Position numbers and translations under genes: made by a program. Below the pieces are notes generated by a model. That model made no database searches, was not told the DNA's origin, and worked only from the letters and a program-made list of their open reading frames with translations. A stretch of 64,000 nucleotides of DNA from Octopus vulgaris (lineage: Eukaryota), in assembly GCA_951406725.2 (NCBI GenBank), contig OX597818.1:12152001-12216000 (forward strand). The letters are read 5' to 3'. This document shows, piece after piece, positions 14,097-27,539 of the stretch. How positions within the stretch are numbered: the stretch's first letter is position 1; each line of letters starts with the position of its first letter.

Positions 14097-16344
14097 GAGG
14101 AAGGATGTAGGATAAAATATATGAATGATAGAAAGGATGGGATTGTAGGATGATGATTGGTTGTATGGATGAAGGGTGAGGAAGTGAAGCAGTAAGAGAG
14201 GAAAATGAGTAGGGACGATGGCGGTGACGTAAAGATGGGCAGAGTTCTGTTGTTGTTTAGCCCGAAGTCAGTACTGATCGAGCAGACTAATGGTAAAAAA
14301 TGATCCAACTGTACTAATCCTATTTTTTTGGAACATATTATTAGGACCACATTGGCCAATGTGTCCCCTATCCCTTTTAAGATTGAAGGACGGGAAATAA
14401 AGGAATCTGGCTGCTTTTTCTAGCAGATAGAGTGACAGCGTAGAACTTCCTGCTAGTGGGGGTAGTAGTGAAGGAAAGGTTTTGCAGTGAATGAAAGATC
14501 GCGCTAAAAGAAAGCAATAAAATGAAAATGACACATTCTTTCACACCTACTGGTTCTATTCACTGATTATATGCTGGAATGAAATGGGTTCTTGAATAGA
14601 AGGAAGAGGACTTCTGCGTGGAGGGGAAAGAGACTTCGGATTGTAAGGCAATAAATACGGGCAGCGGCTAATGGATTTGCAGTTTCGAGTCCGCGGCAAC
14701 GATAGCAGCCCCGCCGGGAAAAAAATATTTCGCGCAGCAGAAACGGATATAGACACATACCCTCGCAGCCCAGGAAAGCAAGGGAGAATAAGAACTCCTG
14801 GAATTCATATTGGTCGTTTAGAAATAAAAATGAACTCAGAAAAAGATAATGACTTAAACATACACAGCTCATGCAGTTCAGTAAACTGAAAGGTTTTCGT
14901 GTTCACGGGTCAAGATGGTGTATAGAGAGTCGCAATGCTAATCAGACGATAAGAATTAATAATACACAGGATTCAAAGCACAAAAGGTACGGCTAGTGCA
15001 GCTATGGAGGATAGTGAGGAGAGACGGATGACGATTAAGTGGCCCCATAGTGAATGAACTGTCAGCTTACAAATAGTTCGGAAGTGTTGTATTAAAGATG
15101 AAGACAAAGGAAAAAGAACTGCCTGTGGAAGAAGCGTTTCGGATAATCACCGATCCGATTTATTTTACAAGCAAAGAAATATTTAACACATTTAGTGGAG
15201 TTGGTAAAAAAGAAAGAGTTATAAGGCAATAGGAAGAAGGGGTGCCCTATAAAGAAGACCAGGAAGGATAAGTCTTTGCGAAAAGAAGTGTAATGGGAAG
15301 AAGAAAAGGAATCTTAGAAAATGTTGTATGATAACGTTAAGAACTACTTCTGCTAATGTAAAGAAGAAAGGGTTCGGGCTATTGCGCCCAAGGAAGTTGA
15401 ATGAAATCCTTAAAACTAAGTAAAAAGGCTGTTCTAGGGAAACAGCATTAGTGACCTACATGCAACAAATATGAGCTGAAGACACAGTTGTGTTATATGT
15501 ATAGTAATAGTTTTAAAGATATTCCTGTACCACTAATGCAGAGGATAGAGTATCCGACAGAACTTAGGGTTAAAATGTCTTAAAATTAAGACATTCAAAT
15601 GAAAGAAATTCGCGACATCGTGAAAAAGAGTAGAGGAAAGTGTCAGGCCAGGATGTTAGGCAGAAATACTGGATGGGAGATAACATGCTACACATCCAGT
15701 ATTTCTTGTGGAGGTAAGTGTCAGAGAATTTGTTAGAACTAGGATTCATTTGCTGCTCAGGAGCCTCGGGTTGGCTGCAGAGAAAAGTAAACACCTTTCG
15801 GAGAAATTGTCAGAAGCTGAAAAAAACCCAAAAAACTAAAATTAAAAACAAAAACAAAAACAGAAAAACCCAATAAAACAAACAAGCAACACCGCTCCCG
15901 AAAACAAAGAAAAAAGCAATAAAAACAAAATAAAAACAAACAAGCAAAACAAAAGGCAACCCACTTCATCTCGTTTAAGAGTGAAACAAGTGGTGTATTT
16001 TGTGCAGCCAGGAAGTTCTGTTCAAGTCGATCCAATTTTAAGATTAACAGAGATATCTGGCTCTGCGTTACAAATCTGATTTAACTAATTTTGTGGTGTC
16101 GTGCAGTGATCTCATCATTTACGTTGGTGGATAGTCCTTGGAAGGTGTGTTGTTGTCATAGTGGGGCTGAAACAGCTTCTTCGCGCTTAGCACTCAAATA
16201 CATCAGAATTTATGGTCTATTTGATTTACCTTGTTTTGTAATTATGGAAATTACAAAATCATTCGTAACTTCTACTTCCAAGAATCTATGTTTACTGATC
16301 GAGTGCGCTTGAGAAGACTATGCTTCATGCATGAGATCGGGTAA

Positions 16345-16575
16345 TACCTATTTCTTTATTACCCACAAGGGACTAAACATAGAGGGGACAAACAAGGACA
16401 GACATAGGTATTAAGTCGATTACATCGACCCCAGTGCGTAACTGATGCTTAATTTATCGACCTCGAAAGGATGAAAGGCAAAGTCGACCTCGGGGGAATT
16501 TGAACTCACAACGTAACGGCAGACGAAATACTGCAAAGCATTTCGCCTGGCGTGCTAACGCTTCTGCCAGTTCGA
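16345..16575 (-). mobile_element. SINE family A
   Basis: Reverse complement closely matches the units at 22354-23273. Confidence 0.85.
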
Positions 16576-17129
16576 CCGAAACATGTTTGTAGCAGCACCT
16601 TGCCTGCTAACAAAGAACACACAACTATGAGCGACTCCTTGAGAGCCTCTAATATATATAACAGTTTTAGTTTTTGTTACTTAAGGCAAATTTTATTTTG
16701 TTGAAAACGTTTTGGTGTACATTATCAAGCGCAACAACAGTTATCTAAGTTATATGCTGAATGAATATAACACATATTTGCAATCACACACATAACGACA
16801 CTCTCACGTATTCATTTTGTGTGCGTGCACACACTCACACATTGCTTTTCCTTTTTATATATTAAAATTTAATTCTCACTATACACCTATATTAAAACGT
16901 TTAAAATTTATTATAATTATTTATAAGCAGAAATATTACAGCAGTCCTTAAAGTATTGTACAAATAAATTTACAATCAACAGCATATATCTGTGGGACCA
17001 TAAGAACAATGTTAAGGATAGCTATTTTTACTCAGATATCGCCACCAGCATCAGTTGTCTGAATCACAACACACATTCACACATTGCCCACTCCAGCAAC
17101 GCACTTCCGAACGCCAAAATGAAAGCACT

Positions 17130-17440
17130 TCTCCACTGAAGAGATTCTGTCTTGCTAAAGCCTTGGTATATGGAATGATATTCATGAAACTTGATGGTGT
17201 CCAGAAAAGTAACACAAGGCTCTTTGTTTACGACTTCAAGAGGCAATACAATTAATACCTGCATTCTTTTTGGTCTAGAAATAGAATGAACTCTGCTTCC
17301 CTGTCTTGTTTCATGTGGAAGTTCGGAGGCCAAAAACAATCTCTCTCATTGACTTGGAACATAGTTGACAGAGTTCCTAGATGTAATAACTGATTACTTA
17401 ACTGCATACTGTGTCTGTCTGAGAAACTGCTTATACTAAA
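17130..17440 (+). pseudogene. Decayed PLE GIY-YIG endonuclease C-terminal fragment
   Basis: Across frameshifts it reads SPLKRFCLAKALVY...FKRQYN...HSF...LTWNIV...CILCLSEKLLIL, like the CPLxGxCL / FKxRY / CxLCxxEK pattern of PLE endonucleases. Confidence 0.5.
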
Positions 17441-18369
17441 GTAGCACGTCTTATACTTTACCTGAAAATTCTAAGTGATTTCCAGTTGCTGTTGCTGGCG
17501 AGCATTCCTCTAACCTATCTTCAATCTACTGTCTGGGAAAATTATGTTATTCAACGACTGCAACATTGAGAAATAACAAAGAATAGAATCCCTTGCCGAT
17601 GAAAGTAAATCCCAGCTAGGTTGCATCGTTTATATCTTAATAGGGGGTCATTGGTCTGCTATAATTTCCACCGCATGGCCTAGCTCGACCATGCCAATGA
17701 CCAATAAAGACACGCCTTTCAAGTTGCATGTTGATACTACGTCAGTAATTGTGAACATCTGTATGATTAGAATAATGAATGTTTGCTTTAGAAACAGTTC
17801 ATCTACAAATATAAACTTCACTCAATGTAATGAACCTCCTTTTTGTACACATAATTTTGTATGTATACATATATGCACGCATGATGGATGCAACTCAGTT
17901 TTGAATAGTGCCATCACTTGGTTGTTCTCTTAGACATGAGCAGCACAAATGTAGTTTTTTTAGAGACGGACATTTTTTTGTACAGATGTGGTGATGATGG
18001 GCGTCTCTTGCAATAGGTGTTACACCATTGCTTTGGTGAGTCTACATATGACGTTTCAGTCCACTCACCGACACACATTCTTTTCGACACTTCCTTCAAG
18101 TCCAAATGCCGCATAATGCACAGATAATTACTCCCCAGTATGTGTGTGTGTGTACGTGTGTGTGTGTGTGACTTCTCTGATGGTTTTAAAGTCCTGTCTT
18201 ACTCAGAGAGACACGTCTACACTCGTTTACTGCGCGCCAACATACTTAGGCAAATTCACATCAAGATCGTTACGAACATTTCTCTTGAGCAGTTTATGCT
18301 TGATACAATTTTGGTCGAATTTCGTTCTATCATCATGCACTGTTTTCTTCCACGATGAGCGATATAGAG

Positions 18370-18653
18370 CAGTGTTTCTCAATCATTGTTTTACCTATAG
18401 ACTCCTTTGATTCCTATTTTACTCAGGTAAAGACCCCTATCCATTCGATGTTCAACAAATCCAATTATATTCTTATAATTATATATTTTTAGGACTTGTA
18501 TAAAAAAATTGTTAAAATATTTTATGCATTGTGGAAGCATAACCAATTTTTAACAACAAAATCGTAAATGGACCCCACAAGGGTCGAGTGGATTTATATT
18601 TACATAACACATACATACATACATACAGAGTGAACCCTAGTTGAGAACCACTG
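18370..18653. mobile_element. hAT-like MITE
   Basis: Imperfect TIRs cagtgtttctcaa and ttgagaaccactg. No clear 8-bp TSD. Confidence 0.6.
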
Positions 18654-19234
18654 TAGTTTTCGCATCTATTTTTCATGTTTTCTGACCATCTCCATCCCTT
18701 TAACCTTAATTGTAACTCTCCAGAAACTATTGATATAGCTCCTATGCCATTGCTGATATTTTGTATCCGAAATTTCTCTCTTATAGAGAATTTCTAACCC
18801 TAATCTTTGCCTGAAACCTACTTTTGAATTTCTTTTCCATACCACTTGTTCTGTTTTTTTGTCAAATACCAATATATAGACGATTCTATTTCATTTCAAA
18901 TATTTCTATGGTGATATCTTCTGATGAGGTGATGAAGTACGTTATTTCATATGTTTCCATCTTACAGAGATGTGTTTACAGTTAGAGACAAAAGTATTTT
19001 ATTTTGATAAGCATGTCTTATTTCCTCTTTATTCTTCTTATATGCTTATAAGGGTTCTATTGAAGTGTGAATCCAGCATTAGAAGAGATGCCTTAGTTCT
19101 GCTATCTGTTTTTGATCATACCTTTTCCCTATTTTAGTTCTGCCGGTTCAGTACAAAAGGTTCTGCTTGCTCACGCTCATCAGATTTTTTTGAACCAAAG
19201 TACTTTGGTTCATTTTTGGCTAAATGTTGCGTTT

Positions 19235-19580
19235 GGTAAGTGGCTTAATAGTTAGAACGTCGAGTTCACAATCATGAGGTAGTGATTTCGATTCTTGGGC
19301 CGGGCTATGTGTTGCGTTTTTGAGCCAGATACTTTATTTCACGTTGCTCCAGTTCAGTCATCTGCAGAAATTAGTTGTGACGTCACTGGTGCCAATCTGT
19401 ATTGATGGCCTTTGTCTTTCCTTTGGATAACATCAGTGGCGTGGAGAGAGGAGGCTGATATGCATGGGCGACAGCTGGTCTTCCAATAACAACCTTCCCG
19501 AACTTGTGCCTCGCAGGGGGACTTTCTAGGTGCAATCCCATGGTAATTCATGACCGAAGGGGGTCTTTACCCTCACCCTT
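19235..19580 (+). mobile_element. tRNA-derived SINE family D (degenerate)
   Basis: A-box-like gtggcttaatagttag and B-box-like gatttcgattctt, followed by tgagccagatactttatttcacgttgctccag. Confidence 0.6.
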
Positions 19581-20411
19581 TAATGTGAACGAGAATTAGG
19601 TGTGGTGAAGGTAGACAGGAAAAAATGGCCGGATGGAAAGGATAAGAATAGAGAACGATAAGTGTTTCTAGGGAGTGTATTGACAGAAAAATGAGGTGGG
19701 GGCAGTTATTTTCGTTTGAAATATGCCCCTTTTAATTGTTTAGGGCTTGGTCAAGCGTAAACGTAAACAAGTAAACACGTATGTCATATTCAGGTGACAG
19801 TTTATGTTAATTGAAGTTTTTCCTCTGACATATTAAAATTCTTTGTATAAAGAATCAGAAAAAAAAAAACGAAGCCCTTTCATGACAACGAACAACTCGA
19901 AACTTCGACGTCACTTTGAATCTATCCCTTGTAAAAATTTACAGACACACAGATATGCGCGCGTGCATACACACAACACACACACGCAAACAAACGCACG
20001 CATGCACACACACACAAATACATACGCACACGCACCCAACATACACACACAGACACGCACGCATATACACGCATATACACACACAGACACGCACGCATAC
20101 ACACACACACACACACGCACCCCCACCCCTACACTCATCAATACGCATCAGCAAATTATTTGCTGATTTCTGTAAACAAAATCATATACCCTTATTAGTT
20201 TTATCGGTCCGGGGTAGATTCGACTATGAAGATACAGTAAGATCGAAACACAACAGTGTCTGAAAGTCACCCGACACCGGTGAATCCTGGGTGCTATGAA
20301 CACAAATCACCAAATAGCTGGAGATATTCTCCGATGACGAAAAACAACAGCTGTCATGTTTGAATCTACCAAAATACATTACAGATGAATAGACATGTTA
20401 TTTTGTAAACA

Positions 20412-20584
20412 TAGACGTAGGAGTGGTTGTGTGGTAAGTAGCTTGCTTACCAACCACATGGTTTTGGGTTCAGTCCCACTGCGTGGCACCTTGGGCAAGT
20501 GTCTTCTACTATAGTCTCGGGCCGACCAAAGCCTTGTGAGTGGATTTGGTAGACAAAAACTGAAAGAAAGCCGTTGTATATATG

Positions 20585-20665
<81 letters not shown>

Positions 20666-20863
20666 CTGTTTGACCCCTCCCAACATCGCTTGACAACCGA
20701 TGCTGGTGTGTTTACGTCCCCGTAACTTAAAGGTTCGGCAAAAAGAGACCGATAGAATAAGTACAGGGCTTACAAGGAATAAGTCCTGGTGTCGATTTGC
20801 TCAACTAAAGGCGGTGCTCCAGCATGGCCAGTCAAATGACTGAAACAAGTAAAAGAGTAAAAG
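20412..20863 (+). mobile_element. SINE family B, near full length, with internal (TA)n(TG)n
   Basis: tRNA-like head (gtggttgtgtggtaag...gggttcagtccc), body, internal microsatellite and gtaaaaga tail. Confidence 0.85.
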
Positions 20864-20976
20864 AGCGTCGTGTGTGTCGGTAATCTACAGAAAATACAGG
20901 TATGTTATTGTATATCTCCCCTCGCTGTACCTATCTGTCTGGCCCTCTCTCTCTCCCTCGCTATCTCTCTCTCTCT

Positions 20977-21095
<119 letters not shown>

Positions 21096-21289
21096 TATAA
21101 AGGCGGTGCTCCAGCATGGCCAGTCAAATGACTGAAACAAGTAAAAGAGTAAAAGAGCGTCGTGTGTGTCGGTAATCTACAGAAAATACAGGTATGTTAT
21201 TGTATATCTCCCCTCGCTGTACCTATCTGTCTGGCCCTCTCTCTCTCCCTCGCTATCTCTCTCTCTCCATATATATATATATATATATA

Positions 21290-21876
21290 ACTACAAAATT
21301 AGAGAATGGAGAAACATACCTAAATCAATAAAACATCAACTATCCGATGATACCCAATCAATACTTTAATACACCATTACATATGAGTAAAGGCATTATA
21401 CAAAATAAGATATACAGTAATAGTAAAAAGATAAAGAGATATAAGTAAAAAATTTCAAATATAATATGCAATTAAATCAAAACTGACAGCTGTTTCGGCA
21501 GCTGCCGAAACAGCTGTCAGTTTTGATTTAATTGCATATTATATTTGAAATTTTTTACTTATATCTCTTTATCTTTTTACTATTACTGTATATCTTATTT
21601 TGTATAATGCCTTTACTCATATGTAATGGTGTATTAAAGTATTGATTGGGTATCATCGGATAGTTGATGTTTTATTGATTTAGGTATGTTTCTCCATTCT
21701 CTAATTTTGTAGTATTAATTTACGGTAATATTATTACCTTTACCCATATAATACGATAGATGAACTGATTGTTTGACAATTTTTAACATCTATGTATTAA
21801 TCTTGTTAGGTACCTATCTGGCAGTATATTGGATATATATTATCCCATGGTGGGTTGAATTTTCAACCCCTATCTC

Positions 21877-21880
<4 letters not shown>
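21290..21880 (+). mobile_element. Fold-back element between (TA)n tracts: 424-bp spacerless palindrome (21290-21713) plus unique tail
   Basis: 212-bp arms centred at 21501/21502. The centre is ggcagctgcc followed by GAAAC-AGCT-GTC, the 3' half of an HHR. Confidence 0.8.
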
Positions 21881-21973
<93 letters not shown>

Positions 21974-21998
21974 CATATATATATATACATATATATAC

Positions 21999-22096
<98 letters not shown>

Positions 22097-22305
22097 TCCA
22101 TGCACGTATGTATGTGTACACGTATATATTGCAAATAAGTTTACATGCGTAAATTTAATAAAAATGCATTTAGTGTTACTGTGCAATCTGTCGGTGGCGT
22201 TAAAAAGTAAGGATACTTTTGCAAAAAGTATTGATGCGCGATGCGCATACAGTTAACTGTGTGATTAGACCGACAATATAGGATTCATAATACATTGATC
22301 TTTTA

Positions 22306-23470
22306 AGGCGGAGTGCCGGCAGAATCGTTAACACGCCGGGTGAAATGCTTAGCGGTATTTCGTCTGCCGCTACGTTCTGAGTTCAAATTCCGCCGAGGTC
22401 GACTTTGCCTTTCATCCTTCCAGGGTCGATTACATAAGTACCAGTTACGCACTGGGGTCGATATTATCGACTTAATCCGTTTGTCTGTCCTTGTTTGTCG
22501 TCTCTGCGTTTAGCCACTTGAGGGTAGTAAAGAAATAGGTATTTCGTCTGCCACTACGTTCTGAGTTCAAATTCCGCCGAGGTCGACTTTGCCTTTCATC
22601 CTTCCAGGGTCGATTACATAAGTACCAGTTACGCACTGGGGTCGATATTATCGACTTAATCCGTTTGTCTGTCCTTGTTTGTCCTCTCTGCGTTTAGCCA
22701 CTTGAGGGTAGTAAAGAAATAGGTATTTCGTCTGCCACTACGTTCTGAGTTCAAATTCCGCCGAGGTCGACTTTGCCTTTCATCCTTCCAGGGTCGATTA
22801 CATAAGTACCAGTTACGCACTGGGGTCGATATTATCGACTTAATCCGTTTGTCTGTCCTTGTTTGTCCTCTCTGCGTTTAGCCACTTGAGGGTAGTAAAG
22901 AAATAGGTATTTCGTCTGCCACTACGTTCTGAGTTCAAATTCCGCCGAGGTCGACTTTGCCTTTCATCCTTCCAGGGTCGATTACATAAGTACCAGTTAC
23001 GCACTGGGGTCGATATTATCGACTTAATCCGTTTGTCTGTCCTTGTTTGTCCTCTCTGCGTTTAGCCACTTGTGGGTAGTAAAGAAATAGGTATTTCGTC
23101 TGCCGCTACGTTCTGAGTTCAAATTCCGCCGAGGTCGACTTTGCCTTCCATCCTTTCGGGGTCGATTAAATAAGTACCAGTTACGCACTGGGGTCGATAT
23201 AGTTGACTTAATCCGTTTGTCTGTCCTTGTTTGTCCCCCTCTGTGTGTAGCTCCTTGTGGGCAGTAAAGAAATAAGAATCGTTAGTACGTCGGGCAAAAT
23301 GCTTAGCGGCATTTCGTCTGTCTTTACGTCCTGAGTTGAAATCCCACCGCGGTCGACTTTGCCGTTTATCCTTTCCGGGTCGATAAAATAGGTACCAGTT
23401 GAGTACTGGAGTCGATGCAATCGACTACCCCGCTCCCCGTGAATTTCCTGCCTTGTACCAAAATTCGAAA
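22306..23470 (+). mobile_element. SINE family A head followed by five 184-bp tandem units and a further SINE copy
   Basis: ggtatttcgtctgcc recurs at 22354, 22538, 22722, 22906 and 23090. Confidence 0.9.
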
Positions 23471-23925
23471 TTAATATATTGATTGATTGATTGACTGATC
23501 ATATGTATACAGTACGCGTGAGCAACCTTCACGTCATTATGTTCAACGTGATGAACATCCCTACCATCACTGTTCTCCTCCTCATCATCACCCCACCACT
23601 ATCACCTTCACTACCGTCGCTACTACTACCACGACCATTATCGCGGCCAACATCATCATCATCATCACCATCACCATCATCATCATTAAAATAATGTCAC
23701 CTGCAGCATCAGCAACATTATATTGTCGTTATCAACATCATCATAAGCGGCACTATCTTGTCTCATCACCCACTCCACATCATCATCAGCATCATCATCA
23801 AATCAACATCATCAACACCATTATTCTTATTAGAATATTTCTGTCGGAATGGTCGGAATATATTGTTATTTGTCAGTATCTCCCCATTTTCCTTCCTTTC
23901 TTTCTTTCTTTCTTTCTTTCTTTTT

Positions 23926-23992
<67 letters not shown>

Positions 23993-24136
23993 CGCACACA
24001 TATAACAGACAGACAGACACAAACAGACATTAACATGTGAAGTTATTTCTGGTATGGGACGTCTGCGTTCCCACCGCCGTTCCATTTCCTAAACCTCTAG
24101 ACGCCTGTTGCACAGTCCGACATACTGCTGCTGCTG

Positions 24137-24182
<46 letters not shown>

Positions 24183-24295
24183 CATCATCACCTAGTTTTT
24201 CTCCCAGTTTTAGTCTTTCTTCAATGTTGCTTTTATTTGTATTGTCTTTCATTTGATTTCTTGGAAATTCTTTTTATCCATACCAAGTTCCATTC

Positions 24296-24335
<40 letters not shown>

Positions 24336-24695
24336 TATATATATACCGGTCGTCGTCGACTTACGACTACCATTAATTTCACTAACAGGTCGTAAGTCGA
24401 TTTGGTCGAAAGTCGGCCTTTCGGCCTACATACCTTTGTTTTATATTTTTACATTAAGGTACATTCTCAGGTAAAAGTCACACCCAGCGTTCCGTATTAT
24501 ACAATTATACTGGTGTTAGTCAAAAATTTCGGAGTCTCAAGCAGTCGTCTTATAAACAAATACGAGGTTGCCTCGATGTCTCCACGACAGGATAATCATC
24601 CAACACTCGATAACCAAACCTAGGGAAAGCGTTTGTTTGCTGACATCATCCATAAACGGGTTAATTTCTAGGAAATTAAACCCATTAGAGTTCAA

Positions 24696-24791
<96 letters not shown>

Positions 24792-25224
24792 ACACAATAT
24801 TTAAGGCTGCTGATGCTGGCGGTGATATGATGATGGACTTCGATGATGATGATGTACAGACAAAAAAAAAAACTGAACAGTTTCAGAGGAGATACGTGAA
24901 TTTAAAGCATTTCTTTCCCGTTATATTCAATTGTCAATTAGGTTGTTTTTTTTAATAAATTTAAATGCAAGGGTTGTTCCCCCTCACAATTTTGACCGAA
25001 TTAATTGTTTTCTTTCCACTACGGATGTAAACTTAATTAAAAAGAAAAACAAAATTAAAATTTCTACGTTAAATACTTTAATCTTGATTCAGTTATTTTT
25101 GTTTTTCTTAGGAATGTTTAAGTGACGTGAATGTGTAGACTCGGTTGGCTGAGATTCCACTGTCACACACGATTATGGAATATGTTAAAAAGAACCCTGG
25201 ACTCAGTATGTAAATAGGTGTGAT

Positions 25225-25653
25225 ATTGGTTTCAAATTTCAGCACAAGGCCAGTAAATTCGGTGAGCACAGGTAAGTCGATTACATCGATCCCAGTGCTC
25301 AACTGGTACTTACTTTATCAACCCCGAAAGGATGAAAGACAAAGTTGACTTCGACGGAATTTGAACCCAGAACGTAAAGACGGTCGAAATGCCACGAAGC
25401 ATTTTATCCGGCGTGCAGACAATCCTTCCAGCTCATCGCCTTATATAGGTTTAATATTGGTTCCAAACTTTGGCACAAAGCCAGCAATTTTCAGAGGAGT
25501 GTTAAGGTTAATTATGTCGACCCCAGTGCTCAACTGGTTCTTTTTTAATCGACTCCGAAAGGATGAAAGGTAGAATCGACCCCGGCGGAAGTTGAACTCA
25601 GAACGTAAAGATGGACGAAATGCCGCTAAGCATTTCGCTCGACGTGCTAACGA
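25225..25653 (-). mobile_element. Two SINE family A copies
   Basis: Family A motifs at 25225-25443 and 25457-25653. Confidence 0.75.
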
Positions 25654-27080
25654 TATAGGTGTAATATTGGTAACAAAAATGTAAATAAACGACGTCTACA
25701 ACTTTATATCATAAATAGAATATATCTAAATATTTTCCACGTGAAATTTGAACATTTTCTTTATCCAGTTTCATGCAACTCAAAAAGTGTAAAATGTTTT
25801 ATAGAATTATTTTCTTTTAAACATACTAAAATATTTTAAAATGCATTGTTCAAGTGAGCTTGCACCTGTTAGGATAGATAATTTTCAACTATTAATTCAC
25901 GAATGAAAATTGACAATTTTCTCCATTGCAATGTTGTAAGAATTTGTAAATTTTAGTGATTTTGAAAACCACTTAAAAATAGAATATTTGAAAGTTACTC
26001 CTTTCATTGATCAAAATATGTTAAAATAAACCATCAAGAGATTCTACACATATCGAAATAGACAAATTTTCCAATTTTGTTCACGTAGCTACTATAAGCA
26101 ATTATTTTTGCTTATATAGATAAGTCCTTTTTATTTATAATTGCTCCGAGGAAACATAGGGAACTCATTTTTTGTGTACCCAGCAGAAAATGTAAGGAAC
26201 CCACTTTACGGGGTGGAGTAACAAGTCAAAGCAGTACCAGAAACAAATCAAATTTCTGCTTACCTGAATCACATCAATTGTATCGAACCAACGAGGAAGT
26301 CTTTTCCGAGATAACACGACTAACTTCAAAATCTCCCTTAAATATTATTCTACTGTCTTAAAGAAAATTACTCATTTAATGATGTAGTTCAGAATATACA
26401 ATGCAAGGAAAGGAGTGATATGGGGTGGTCATGGCTAGAATATCTTCGATCATATTGTCTACTAGATCGAAGTTGATCTGGACTGGGTTGGCTAAAAACC
26501 AACAGTGACGTATGCAAAGGATCTAACAAGTAACCTACGAAAGGAAAGAAATTAAAACAGAAATAGTTAACAAGTCTGCATTCAATTGACTAAATTATCG
26601 TTAATGGAAATGACAAATATTTATCACTCAGTATCATTCCTTACATATTATCTTTACCGGCATTTTAATGTCAGTGTTTCTATGCAAGATTATTGATTTC
26701 TAGTATAGGCACTAAGTTACCAATTCGAAGGCAGGGCATAGACGAAAACGTCAATCCTATACTTGCCTGCTACTTTTCTTATCGATTCTAAAGGGCTGAA
26801 AGAGAAGCCGACCCTGACTTGAATTGAGGTAAAAAAAAAGAGTGGTAAATGAATACCGCAAGCATTTTGTTCGACGCTCTGCCGTTTTTGCTAACCAACT
26901 GCACTTCTATTCTAGTAGATCGCAAGTCATCTCGGTCTTTCATAAGTTCGACTGCGAGATGTAGGAGTCTAAGATCTACCCTCACTATGTTTCCTTCTTC
27001 TACTACAAATACACTTTATTGATATAACACAGCATTCATCATCCATCCACTCACAAAGCATTGTACATTGCTACGGGACT

Positions 27081-27121
<41 letters not shown>

Positions 27122-27539
27122 AGAGAGAGAGAGAGAGAGATCGAAATAATAATTTTTGGAACGGTGAAACTCAAAGCAAATAAAACTGTAAATAATGACG
27201 CATACACATTGAGTTTAAAATCTTTGGATAGAAGAAATCGATTATGGCTTTCCCAATTCAATGTTTATACGCTATTATTTATAGCTTTAACCACTTCGAG
27301 TTTCACCCTCCCCAAAAAAGAATTATTTCACGTTCTCTCGAAGTTTCTAAATTCGAAGTTCCTAAATTCTTATCATGTCAAACGACATACAGTTTCCGCT
27401 GGTAAGAATAAAGTTTCAAAAATGAATAAACAAATTCGAAAGATTTGGTCCAATGGTTGAACGTCTGTCATGTTTACCGGGGGTGTAGGTATACATACAC
27501 CTCCACACGCCCACACAGCATTACGACAATCGGGATTGC

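Noticed and set aside
14560-15700. Purine-rich stretch that might be a LINE ORF1 or host exon
   Set aside because: No motif I can identify confidently, and the frames are short and broken.
22354-23273. CRISPR-like periodicity
   Set aside because: Whole 184-bp units repeat without unique spacers, no cas genes are present, and the sequence is SINE-derived.
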